A DNA stretch of 64,000 nucleotides from Chrysomallon squamiferum (lineage: Eukaryota > Animalia > Mollusca). Shown piece after piece: positions 28,291-40,656 of this stretch. Numbering within the stretch: the first letter of the stretch is position 1; every line of letters starts with the position of its first letter. The translations under genes and the position numbers were made by a program. The stretch is taken from positions 38,006,001 to 38,070,000 of the forward strand of contig CM022665.1 of assembly GCA_012295275.1 (NCBI GenBank), read 5' to 3'. Below the pieces are notes generated by a model. That model saw nothing but the letters and a program-made list of their open reading frames with translations, did no database searches and was not told the origin of the DNA.

Positions 28291-30286
28291 TGTATTTATT
28301 TAAAATTCAGCTCCAGTTCATAGCAAGAGAAGAGTATTGTTATATCATGTATACAGTTATTATTGTAGATGTCTCTTTCATTTTCCCCATCCACACTACA
28401 ATAAAATGAATTAAAACAGTAATAAATTAAAAATGAAATCTTTGCTTCCTGGACTCTGGCACAGTTTATTTAACAGTAATGCTGTTGTGAATGTGGGTGT
28501 GTGAAGTCTGGTAATGCTTTGTAAAGCTGTTTAGTGATGTATTTGAAAACTCATATGTTCTGCTACAGTTGTCAAATTCATTTACATTACTGGTTGTTTT
28601 GTTGGAAGGGGTGTTGTGTTTTTTTGTGGGTTTTTTCTCATTTCCTGTTCTTATTATTATTATTATTGTTATTGTTATTATAATTATTCTGATGTAACCA
28701 AATAAAAAGTAGGTGATTATAATTCTTCAACTAATAACAGGTACTGGCATCTAATCTGCACAGGTGTCTGCAAGGCTTGAATCATTTGAAAATTGCTATT
28801 TTTTCCTAGCTTGGCACAGATACACTTTTGTTCAAAACAGCATGCAATGCATACCAAAATAAAGAACAACATTTTCTCTTTCCAGTGGACTGTTTGTTTT
28901 TATTTTTATTAAAGCATGTGATTGTTAATTATTTTTTGAAGAATCATGCCATTTCACATATGCCTTTGTACACATTGGAAAATACACATGATTTTGTTTC
29001 TGCTATGCCATGTTTTCCCCATTCATGTTAAAAAGGTCTTAAATTGAACAAAATTTGCATTGTAATTTTTAAAAACAAGATCTTGAACTGAAAATTTTCT
29101 ATCTTTTCATGAAAAAATCCACAATCAAGCATCATTTTTTAAAACAGCAATTTCTGCACTTTCTTTTAAACATGGATCTTATTCTGATGATATTATGGTA
29201 AAAATATGAGATGCATTCAACAAAAAATTAAACAGTATCTATATGTTAAATGCTTGAAATCTGTGGATTTTCATGCTTCTGTGTATAAATTTGTGAAATA
29301 TGTGAGTTGGCAAAGTCATTATTTTCTCATAACAGTGTTTTTTAATGGGTTTTTTACTGAAAAATTGGAGAATGTTATCAGCCATACCTTTTGTTGGAAT
29401 AAAAAGAAAACATAATTTTTTGGGGTGGCTTTATTTTTGTAAAAATATCTACAACATACAATAAAAAGACAGTTATTGTTCTAAGATTAAATTTTGGATG
29501 CCAGTACCTACTGATAAGCAGAATATGGCTTGAATTAATTTGAAAAATAATTATTGAAAAGAAAAATCATCATCATTGCTGTATATTCTGAATTTAGCTT
29601 TAATAAGCCTAAAAATTCAAAATAAATAAATAAATAAGTAATAATAAAATTAATTAAAATTAAGACTTCATTTTACTAACTATATATAATGAATTTAGCT
29701 TTAATAAACTTGAAGAAGAAAACAAATATTATAGATGATAAAGAAAATCAAATGCAAAAGATAAAATCTCAATAGCCATTATTCCTAAAGCACAGAGTGT
29801 TGACTGCTGTCTCATAGATTCATATTCAATTCTTAAAACTTGGTCGTATATACATTAAATATTTTGTTTGTATAACTTAGCACGTTAAAACAGATCAAGC
29901 TGTAACTTGCACACAGCTGTCTTTGTTGTTTTTAGTCTCCAGAGTTTTTCAGTTATTCAGTCTTATGCAGAATCCATATTGCTGCTAAAAGAATAGCTTT
30001 GCCTATGGCTATGTGTACTATTATATGGAATGTAGAACTTCTATAGGTAAAGTGAATGATTTTTTTTTTATAATGTTTTCACAATCCAAGACTTTTTTTT
30101 TTTATTTTTTTTTTTTTTTATGGATGTTGTGTTGCTAGAATTGAAAAGTTTTGTTATTCTACATGGAACATTTCTGTCTGTGTAATATGAATATTATTGT
30201 TGTGGCAGCTGCTGTAATTTTACCTGAATTGCATATATCCTTTATTTTAAAACTTTATATGTGTGTGTATGTGTATGTGTGTGCAT

Positions 30287-30317
<31 letters not shown>

Positions 30318-31719
30318 TACACATATAAAACATAAATATTGTTTTCACATTGTTTTAAGGATCAAAACCATTTTATAAATTTTGCTCTTCTGCTTGTTGA
30401 ACTGCTGAATTGATGATATATTTCAATTCAAAACAGAGAAATGAAAACTTGTAATTATCAAAAAAGAAGAAAAAGAAATAGCATACTGGCTGCAAAAATC
30501 AAATAATACTGACATGGCAGCTAGAATGCAGTAGTTACAATATTTTTCTTTTAATTTATGGTTATGATTATCATCATCAATATTTTATCATACTGTTTTT
30601 ATATGTTCTTACAGAAATCATCAGAGTTTAGAAATAAGGCCTGCAGACATTCAACACAAAAACACATTGACAGTTTAGTGTCTACGTTTTTTTTAAAACA
30701 ATACCATAGAAAGAATTTTAAAAAGAAAATAGCAACTGAAAGGTTGTATGGGTGAAAACCACATTATTTATTTATTATTCCCAAATGGAACATGTGGTAT
30801 TGTTTAATTAGGATCCTATCTGATTGGCAAATTGAAGCATGCACATAGTTCTAAAAAGAAGAAAAAACCCAGCCCAGTCTTCAAATAGTAAATTTTTAAT
30901 GAAAGAATTTAAAAATAAAGAAGACAATTAAATACTGATTTTAATCCACAAATGGCAATGTTTGTATTAGGTGTGTTCTTTTTCCACTCGGCTAAAATAG
31001 CAGTTGAAACCAATCTGCATTTCAAAATTTAGAAACATTATTGCTGGCTCTTTGTATGTAACTAGAAAATAATTTAATACAGGTGTGTGTGAGTGTGTGT
31101 CTATTAAGTTATTTGATATAGGTGACCAACACAGCTTTAATGAAAACATCTTAATATTACAGGCTATTATATCTTATTTATTTATTTGTAATAGTGAATA
31201 TTTAAAGAAAATGTGTTTAATAATCCAGTTGGGACGTTGGCTGGACAGGGAAAATAGTTCATTTGAGGACAAATAGTAAACTATCACATTTAACATGTTA
31301 AATATTTTTTCTTTTCTGTTTTCTATTTTTAATATACTACTTTGGTCTCTCTCTCTCTCTCTCTCATAATATCTTTATATATGTACATATCTATCTTTTT
31401 ATCTAGTTTATTATTTTCTATTTGACTGTGGTAATGACAGAAAACTGACAAGTACAGGTGCTTAATATTGTTTGAAGAGTTCCCTTTGTGTTAGATATGA
31501 CCAAGATTACCAGGTGGCTCTGTTAAGTTTAATATCCTGTCACCAAACACTGACTATGTTTCAAGAGTACATGCAAATCTCTTAACAGATCTGTACTAAT
31601 TTTCACTTGAGCTTTTTCAATAAGTCAAGTCCCTTGTAGTGTTTAGAAAGCTGTGAACAAAGAAAAAACATTTCAGTAGAGCTGTGAATGAATTTGAAAA
31701 TACATATCTATTTAACAAC

Positions 31720-32170
31720 TTAATACATTTTTATATTAGTAGTTATTTTTAATAACAAAGTCATGCCTTGTTTTAATACGTTTTAAAAAATAATACAGTG
31801 CTTCATTTTATATTAATGATTTTAACTGATTACATATTTATACACTATATAATAATTTATGTATAATAATAATAATAATAATAACAATACATTTTATAAT
31901 AATGATCTATAAAATAACACTGAAGCATTCTATATTGATGGTTATTTGAGTAACATATTGATATATTTCAATACTTATGTATAATACTGTATTGATATCC
32001 TGTACTGATGGTCATGTTAAATAACATATTGGTACTTGTAAGCTAATAGTTACATATAAAAGCATATTAATACATTTTTATATTAATACTATAATAATAG
32101 CTAAGCTTAATGACTCATATTAATACCTCTTATGTTAATGGTTATTAAATGTCAGTTATACATTATCTTA
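31720..32170. repeat. Degenerate ~40 bp tandem repeat
   Basis: Recurrent aatacattttatatt(a/g)at...taacatatt-like units. Confidence 0.5.
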
Positions 32171-32203
32171 ATGATAATAAATGAAAAGATAAACATCTTG
32201 TTG

Positions 32204-32360
32204 TCATTAGCAGCAAGAAAACTTTTATATGCTTTTACAAAAATGTCTACTGTCTCAAATACCCCAGTAACTGAAATAAGAAAAAGCCCAAAACTGGCAC
32301 CAAGAAGTACTGATCCTGCCATCCATCATTCATTACCTGTCTTTCAACTCAGCTGTACAT
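32204..32360 (-). mobile_element. Degenerate SINE-like copy
   Basis: cattagcagcaagaaaacttttatatgc...gaaataagaaaaagcccaaa matches the reverse complement of the family body seen elsewhere in this window. Confidence 0.5.
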
Positions 32361-33852
32361 AAGAGATTTTATTAATTTATTACAAGTATTATAAAACAGC
32401 AGGGGTGTTACTTGTTAATTATATGCCTTGTCATAATGATTTATATTAACTGTTACTGCTACATGAAATGAAACTGGACAGATTATCTTAGTAAATATAA
32501 TTATTTCATACATAAAATGTCTAACATTTATAATGATTAAAAAATTCTGTTCAGTGATATGGAGGGTTTTATTAATAAATTTCAGTATAATAATAATAAT
32601 TATTATTATCATTATTTTTATTTATTTTTTTATTTATTTTTTTTATTTTTTATTTTTTGCTTACATTTTCTTTGGTACATGTATGTGTATTACATATGTA
32701 TATGAGTGTGTTCATGTGTTTTTGAATGTGAGAGACAGAAAGTGATACATGTATAAGAGTGCCTGTATATTTATAGTTACATAATAATAATTTATGTAGA
32801 TGTATGAACAGAGCTGGTTTAACTTTTTCATAGATCAATTCATTCTATAAGTATATATCTCAGTTGGGGATGGTATAATACAGCAGAAATTCTTTTTGTC
32901 CCAGATACTACATGTACAGCTTAATTTCAACAACTAGGTCTGTCATGCACACAATACACCACCTTGTTGACAAGTTCCACTCATTTGCTTATTTTATTGG
33001 CAAAGTATAATTGAGATCTTACAAGCTATTTGCTTTGCATCTTGGGAATGTTTTCCCTCCGACCAGAAGAGCACTTTTCCATTGAAATCATTTCTGGTGA
33101 CACTTGATTTTCAGTCAGGATTCGTCACTCCAAGCTAGACGTCTGCAAGTATTAGTTTTGTCAATAACCACCGTTCAAGTTGTTCAGGGGTTTTGTGGAC
33201 ATAACAAGAGCCTGATGCATAATTCCAGCCAGTGAACAGAATGTAGATAGCACTTTGCTAACAAACTTGCCCTCAGGTGTCAGGGGTTGATGTATTGATC
33301 CTCTTTGGTGTACCTGTTGGGATGTTTCTTGTCCCATTTATTGCTGTTTTGTGGAAGCTATTATGGTATGTGATGTCTTGTTTGAGAGGTTGTAAAGATT
33401 ATTTAAATATGTTTACCTGAAAAGAATATATATCTGCTGTGAGGAGTTTTCAATTTTCAGCTGTTATTTTCAGTGGTTAAAGCTGTATAAATCATGGGAC
33501 TAAGAAATAAGTTTGGTTTTGAAAGAATTACTGTTTACAGAGGGTTCAGTTTAATGGAATTACACTAAATTATACATAAATACATGCACATATACATATA
33601 GTTGAGAAATATAATTGCATATTTGTTGCAAATAATTTAAACCTGTTACTGCTAACTGATGGATTTAAATTTTAACAAAACTGATAAAAGTCTAATATTG
33701 AGTAATTTTTATGGGAAATGTGTGCACACATACACGGATATGAAAATACATACTAATATAAAATAATTGTAATAAACAGTATTTGTTGTTACACATAATA
33801 AAAGATTTACTACAAAAACATGATTTCAAATCATCTGTGATCACTAAAAATA

Positions 33853-33940
33853 CAGAGTGTCCCAGAAGTCGCGCACCATATACATGTATATAATATTTTA
33901 TTTTTTTTATATTATGGTGCGTGACTTCTGGGACACCCTG
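33853..33940. mobile_element. 88-bp Tc1/mariner-type MITE with TA target-site duplication
   Basis: 28-bp TIRs CAGAGTGTCCCAGAAGTCGCGCACCATA (33853-33880) and TATGGTGCGTGACTTCTGGGACACCCTG (33913-33940), 2 mismatches. Flanked by TA at 33851-33852 and 33941-33942. Confidence 0.85.
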
Positions 33941-36934
33941 TATATAATTTAATATTTTCTCATATATTTCAATGAACTAATAACTCATAAATGTTTGAAA
34001 TATTACATTAGGATTATATAAACATTCTAAACTGATTTCTTCATTTTCTTTCTTAAGATTCTAATTCATAATTAAAATTTTACCTCAAAAGTTAATGAAG
34101 AGATTATTTGATCTAAATGTCTCATATTTATAGTAGTGTATAGATAGAGATATATTTTATTCCAAGCTTAAAATAGATGCTGCAGCTTGTCAGTAATCAA
34201 TGAAAAGGTCAAAGATGAAGTCTGCTTTCCCAAGGTTAGTACACAGAATGCTAGTAACACTGATACTTAGAGTATTTATCTTTGATATGTGATGGCTGTA
34301 TTTATCACTATTAATTTGTACAATTGTGACAGTAAATAAATAAACTATATTAATGGTAATAAACAACTGTTGGTTTAATTAAACAAGAGAGACCATTATT
34401 TATTCCATGTGCACACACAAATTAAAGCCTGCTGGCCACTGTCACTGAGTGGTGGGAGGATAGATACCACTGACAGCTAAGACCTTGTATTAAAAAGTAC
34501 TGCTGATGAAAATCAATGTTTACACTTGTGTATGGATGACCTTTTCCAGATTAAAAGTTAACCCATTGGAGCAATGATTTTCTATGTTTGTTGAAAGCCA
34601 AACTGTACATTTCACCTCTTTCGTGATGGTTTCCTGAGTTCAGGATCAGTTCAGTTGTTTCCACTGTGTCTCTGTGAAGTTGCATGTTGTTGTTGTCTTT
34701 GGTATTATCTTTGATTCCTTCCTGACTCCTCCTTCTCAGCTTGATTAGGCATTGGAGACTGGAGGTCAATATTCTTGAAAGCCATCACTGCAATTATTTG
34801 TTCTTGTTTGCCTCCCTCTGTGAGACAGCTATTATTCTTTACAACATGGTCCTCAGATCGCTTGGCCAGTTCCTCATTGAGTCTGATGGCTTCTATTGTG
34901 TTAGGCATCAGTAATTGAAGTTTGTTTATTATAGAAAGAATGAGAAAAAAAAGAGAGAGAGAATGGAAAATGGAATCATTACTGGTAAAGAATTTATGGA
35001 ATGATTTTTATATTTTGTTTTGGAATTAGTAGTTTTTGTTTATTTGTTTATTTGTTTATTTATTATTCTGTCAATGATTGTGATGATTATTAGTTGTTGT
35101 AGAGGTAAATGTAGTAGTAAACTTAGTAGTAATGGCTGTAATTGTAGTAGTACAAAAAGTATTTGTAATAGTTGGAGTAGTGATAGTGGTAATAGTGGTA
35201 GGTATTATAGTAGAAACAGTAGGGGAGTTTCTTCTTTTTATTTTTATTTTTATTATCATTATAATAATTATTATTAATAATTTATTTTAATTCTCCATTT
35301 TTGTTTTCCCATTCCAACCTTGAGTATGATTGGCAGTTCTGTTATTATCTGTAAAAGACAAATTGAACCCACAGTTATATTAATCAAATAACAGAAACCA
35401 GTAATTCTATTATTAAATGTTGCAACACCATTAAACTAACAAATGACAATTATGTGCACAGAATAAATTGCATTATTTTAACAAAAATTAAGAAAAGAAC
35501 AAACAGTGAAAAAGAAACATCAACCAAAAAATAAATAAATAAAAATGGAACATAATGAAAGAAAAATGATTACTTCTAAAATATTTAATATGTCTGTAAA
35601 ATGTTTCAAATATTTATGAAATAAAAGAAGAAAAGGATTATATTTTCATGGTATCTGTATGATATCATTTGATGCAGGCATGTTGTAATGGTAATGGAAT
35701 ATGCCATTGGCAAATCTGTAAATACTGCATTTATGTCTCTGAAGGCTGTTTGCACTGACTTTACCTGTAATTATCAGTTATCAGACAACATTGTGTAAAC
35801 CAGGTATTCTGTCTTTTCATAAAGCTATTCATGCAAGTGATCGGACAGATAAATTTTCTCCTATTGTATCTATTTTGATGAGTTTTTTTTAAATTTTTTT
35901 ATTTTTTATTATTTTTTTTTAACAGCCAAAGAGAGATGTATGGTTTTTGATTGATTTTTTATTTAGTTTGTTTAGCGACTTTTTTTTAATGGTTATTTAT
36001 TTATTTATTTATTTATTTATATATATAAAAAAAAAAAAAAAAATTAATTTATATATGTTGTCATAATGAATTTGTTTTATTTATTTATTTTTTTTTTTTT
36101 GAAGAATTGTAATTTAATTTCAGTTAAAATATAATATAAATAAAACAGAAAAAGCAGGCCTTAAAAAAACAAATTAAGTAACAAAACAAAACAAAAATAA
36201 TAATAAATAAAAACAATTAATTGTTATTTTGATATGCTCGTTGGATGTAAAAATAATAATAATAATAATAATAATATGAACTAAAGGAAGCAGACTTTGA
36301 TAATTTTACCATTTTAGTCTTGTAATCAAGTTTCAGTATATTATAATAATTATTTTATGTTGTTGTTTTTACTATTATTTATATGTCAGATATTCATCAT
36401 CATTATCATCAACAACACATCTAAAACTGCTTTGCATTAACATTTTTTTTTTTTAACTCTTAGAGACAGTTTGCATAGAAGCCACCAAAATGTCCAGGCA
36501 TTTAGTAAATAAAATTGTCAAGAAGAATATTGCCAATAAAGGCTGGGGTGTTGCAAATTGCCCTGTTGATTTCATGTTGAAGGCATTTAAATACCGGGCC
36601 ACAAATACCATAAAACCATTACCATCGAGGCATTAGCTGGTTGTTTGCTATGAGTGCGATTAGAACCCATTCAAAGTTTTCTGTGCGTGAAATCTGCCTC
36701 TGAGTGTTTGATCGACCATCTCACTATGAAGATAAATCAACTGCATCTTGATGAAATTATATCATTCTGAGATTTTCTGGCCACGTTTTCGTTAGTGAGC
36801 AGAACTCCTGCATTGTAAATTATTTCTTATTGACAGGCAGCTAAAGCACGAAAAAAATAAATAACTTTTCAGTTTTTGTTTGGGTTTTTTTGTAAAAAGA
36901 AAAGATATTGCTGTAATTCTTTTTTTGTGTTTGT

Positions 36935-37400
36935 GTTGTCTCTAGAACTAATAACAAGAATTGATGGTTAAGAGATGTTAATATTTCAGTCTATTTATTG
37001 CAATGGCAATGTACCAAATGTTCCAGATTTTCTGATGTCTGCAGAACTAATTTTAAGATTTTGAAGATTTAGAGACACTAATATTTCTTCTTTTTTTTAT
37101 GATACAGTGCACCAAAATTTTCAATTTTAGTTTTGTCTGTATAACTGAGGTATAAAATGATGATTTAGATATATTAATATATCAGCGTCTTTATCACAGT
37201 AGTAATACTCCAAACATTTCTGTTTTTTATTTTGTCTGCAGAACTAACATACATAAAGATATTAATATATCAGCTTCTTTATCATAATGGCAATGTACAA
37301 AAACTTCCAGATTTTGAGTTGTTCACAAGGCTCAATTTTAAGACTAAGATATATACTAAAATTTTGTATATTTGTTACCAAAAATGTGACTTTCTATATT
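36935..37400. repeat. Degenerate ~100 bp tandem repeat, about 4-5 copies
   Basis: gtctgcagaactaa-like motif at ~36938, 37037, 37135 and 37234; aatggcaatgtac and ttccagatttt each recur. Confidence 0.7.
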
Positions 37401-38134
37401 ATCTGGAAAACAGGTCTGAACTAAAGTTAAGGAAATAACATATGCTAAAATAATGTGTAAAACCTCACCCCACCAACCTCCCCCCAAAAAAAACAACAAC
37501 AACAAATAAATAATAAAACAACAACAATAATTAATTAATTAATTTTAAAAATAACAAAAAACAAATTCATCTGAATAAAACAAATCCAATAAAAAATGTT
37601 TTGTAAACAACAAAAAAAAGATCAATAAAAGAAGCATATATATAAGTGTAAATAAAACAAAAAAAATCAGAATTGATAAATGGTTTTCTGAAATTTTGCT
37701 ATCACAAATGATGATCTGAGCACTAATAATGCAGTTTTCAGAAAAAAGCAATATACATCGTCCCCTTCCCTAAAAAAATACCCCAAAAAAGTATAATGGT
37801 ATTCTGAAATTTAATGTTTTCCAACCCTAATCAAAGCCCTAACAAGAAAACTATTCAGAAAAAAGCAGCACATAGATAAAAAAAAAGAAAAAAAAAAGAA
37901 AAGAGTATGATGGACAAGCTGCATTGAGTCATGCTTGTATAGCTTTCCAGTATGGTTTTATTATGTTATTATCCTTGATCATGATGAGGAAAATAAGATC
38001 TGGGATAATTGCTGGGATCACAGATGAATGCAAATCAATACATGTGTTTTCTGTCACATCATATTTCTTTTAAAGTTCTTTTTATTTGCTTTTTGCTTCC
38101 TCCTTGGAGTAATTCCCTAGGTCCCTTGGTACAA

Positions 38135-38425
38135 ATATGAATGATTTTCACTCTATGGTTATATGATGTCATGCTTATGGTTAAGGACTATACTGGTAAT
38201 GAGAGAAGAAACATGTGAGACATCACATTGATGGACAGTGTTTTTTCTGGTCTTTTTTATTATTATTATTTTTCTGTTAGCAATATAAGCAGCTTCCCAT
38301 AAACAGAAAACACATACCAACATACCATGGCTTTTGATAGATCAGCCACAGCATTCTAATGAATAGAATGAGTAGCCCAAATAACTATATGTAGGTCTGA
38401 TTTGATCTTACTTGAGTAATTACAA
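38135..38425 (-). mobile_element. Degenerate SINE-like copy
   Basis: tatggttatatgatgtca...tatggttaaggac...gagagaagaaac...cccataaacagaaaacacatacc...ccatggcttttgata. The reverse complement aligns by eye with the copies at 43512 and 62345. Confidence 0.6.
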
Positions 38426-38757
38426 TTTCAAGTTTAAGAACACAGAGTTGTGAATTTAGTATATTATGGTTTTAATGACTGAGAAAGGTAAAGCTACACT
38501 GAAAAGTAAGAAAAAGACAATGTTATAAATTATGCATGTATTTTTTCATTAATTAAAATTTGATTAGCTTTTGACTGGTACAGTTTTCACTTGGGCAGAA
38601 AACTAATATATGTAAGTAACTGATCATTCTGAAATGATTGACTTATTTATTCTTTTACTTTTACTATTACTACTACTACTACTATTATTATTATTATTAT
38701 TACTGTTGATGATATTGATGTTATTATTATTTAACATTGTTGTTTTTTTCTCTTTAG

Positions 38758-38993
38758 GAATTCACTGGAAGATGCCCACAGTGCTTTTATCCAAGTCAGG
38801 AGAAAAGCCATGTTGTGAAGCTGAGCTAGATATCTAATGAATCAGTTACTTTTCCATTGATGTCTCACCTGCCAGGACTGCATCTTTTGTCATGGAGAAT
38901 TACCTCAAAGATAGATTTGGCTGCACCAGGGAATTTTTTCTGTCCTTCACATACACCTAATTAATCCAAAAGTGTTTTTAACAGAACAATACC
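38758..38993 (+). other. Nrx-1: 5' UTR part of the first coding exon, uORF-rich; alternative acceptor after 38984
   Basis: Acceptor tgtttttttctctttag| ends at 38757. A second acceptor gtttttaacag| ends at 38984, with a CTAAT branch-like motif at 38957-38961. An in-frame stop (38958-38960) precedes the main ATG. Confidence 0.55.
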
Positions 38994-39757
38994 ATGAGGA
39001 TTTCATACACTGCCAGCATCGGCACAATAGTGACCTGTGCTAAAACTGCATGGATTGCTATCCTTGTAACAGCTCACATTATCAGTGTGTGCCTGGGTTT
39101 TAACTTAGATGGCTCACCTGGTTCTTATGCAAAGTTTCCCATGTGGGAGCCTTGTTTAAACGGGTCCATTAGCTTTGAATTCAAGACTGATCGTCCAAAT
39201 GCTCTTTTGTTGTATCTAGACAGTGGTCAGAGACGCTTTCTTGAGCTGAAGTTGGTGGGAGGTATAGCTCGACTTCGAATGAAATTTGGTAAGGCAACTA
39301 TAAACCTTTCTGCTGGACAGAATCTGAATGATCAGCAGTGGCACAAGATAGAGATTCTAAGGAAAAGTGAACACACAACTTTAGTAGTGGACAGTATAGA
39401 AAATACTCGGACTTCAGTTGGAAAGGAGTTTGACTTAGACATTCGCACAAACAGCAGTAGATTTTTATTTATAGGTGGGTTGAGTGAGGAATATGATCGT
39501 GAGCTTTCCAAACTAGCAGTACCTTCTGTTGTCTTTGAGCCTAAGTTTCGTGGATCTGTGCGTAATTTGTTTTACGGGAATTGTGGGAGTGTTCCAGAGA
39601 GACCCGATGTTAGATTCTCAAGGACTGCTTTCCAGTGCCACAGATTTGTGTGAGAAAGGCAATCCTTGCATGAACAGTGGTTCCTGCTTAACTACTGATA
39701 ATGGTATTATTTGTGATTGTTCCACAACAGAATTCACAGGAGATCGATGTCAAATAG
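38994..39757 (+). CDS. Nrx-1: Alpha-neurexin first coding exon: signal peptide, LNS1 (laminin G) and EGF1, with an apparent +1 frameshift at ~39595-39610
   Basis: ACCATG start; hydrophobic leader ending VCLG. Then FNLDGSPGSYAKFPMWEPC...SFEFKT...LLLYLD...LNDQQWHKIEI...LFIGG...FRGSVRNL, a LamG pattern like neurexin LNS1. The +1 frame continues MLDSQG...CEKGNPCMNSGSCLTTDNGIICDCSTTEFTGDRC (6-Cys EGF) to a phase-1 donor G|GTATGT at 39758. Confidence 0.93.
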
Positions 39758-40327
39758 GTATGTTTGAGTAACTGTTTTTATGTTAACACCATTTGTATTT
39801 AAATTCCATTTTCAAAACTCCCCAAGGCTTTGAAAATCAACCATTTCTTTTTCTTTTTCTTTTCTTTTCTTTTGTTTAATATGACCTGAATAATTATATT
39901 CCTTTGTATTTAGTTTAATTTTTGTAATTATAAATTTTAATTAATATTTTCCTTACAAAATGGATTGTAATATTATAATTATGGTTTGTGAAGGTTTCTG
40001 TTAAAGGATAGCTGATTTATAAATATCCTTTTCAAGATAACTGAATTTGATGCATCTTTTGTTAAATGGTAGGCAGGTAGGTTTCCTGAGATAGCAGTTA
40101 ATAGATTTAAACTTCCAAAATGTCAAAATAGTTAAGTTAAATACATTTCTTTTACCAGTACTAAAATTAAGATAACTGTTTTTCCCAAGTCGGCAGAAAT
40201 GGAGCTAAGCTTTCAGAATGTCTGATAGTTAAATTCCATTCATTTCTTTAAACGCCATTTAAAACTGAATTAGAAGTGCTTTTCTATGTAACAGAAATAG
40301 ATTTGGTTTCAGTAATTTGTCATATAG

Positions 40328-40656
40328 TATATTTACTCATTTTTAAATTTAAAACTGAATTAGCCATTTTTCCCAAGATGGCTGAAAATGATGTGCCTTC
40401 TGCAGACTAAAATATTTATTCAGTTTGCTTTAGTTTGCTACCAAAATTTATCAACTAACTGATAAATATGCAATGATTTTTCATATATATATATATGAAA
40501 AATCAGTTAGTTGATAAATTTTGGTAGCAATTATAAAAATCTGTTCCAAACTAAAGCAAACTGAATAAATATTTTAGTCTGCAGAAGGCACATCATTTTC
40601 AGCTATCTTGGGAAAAATGGCTAATTCAGTTTTAAATTTAAAAATGAGTAAATATA
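40328..40656. repeat. ~330 bp near-perfect inverted repeat centred on (AT)n
   Basis: Left arm tatatttactcatttttaaatttaaaactgaattagcc...tcaactaactgat is the reverse complement of the right arm atcagttagttga...ggctaattcagttttaaatttaaaaatgagtaaatata. Centre at 40489/40490. Confidence 0.95.

Noticed and set aside
39562-39643. An 82-nt GT..AG mini-intron that would restore the frame across the break
   Set aside because: It would delete the conserved RNL..C end of LNS1 and the linker, and the donor is weak. An indel is simpler.
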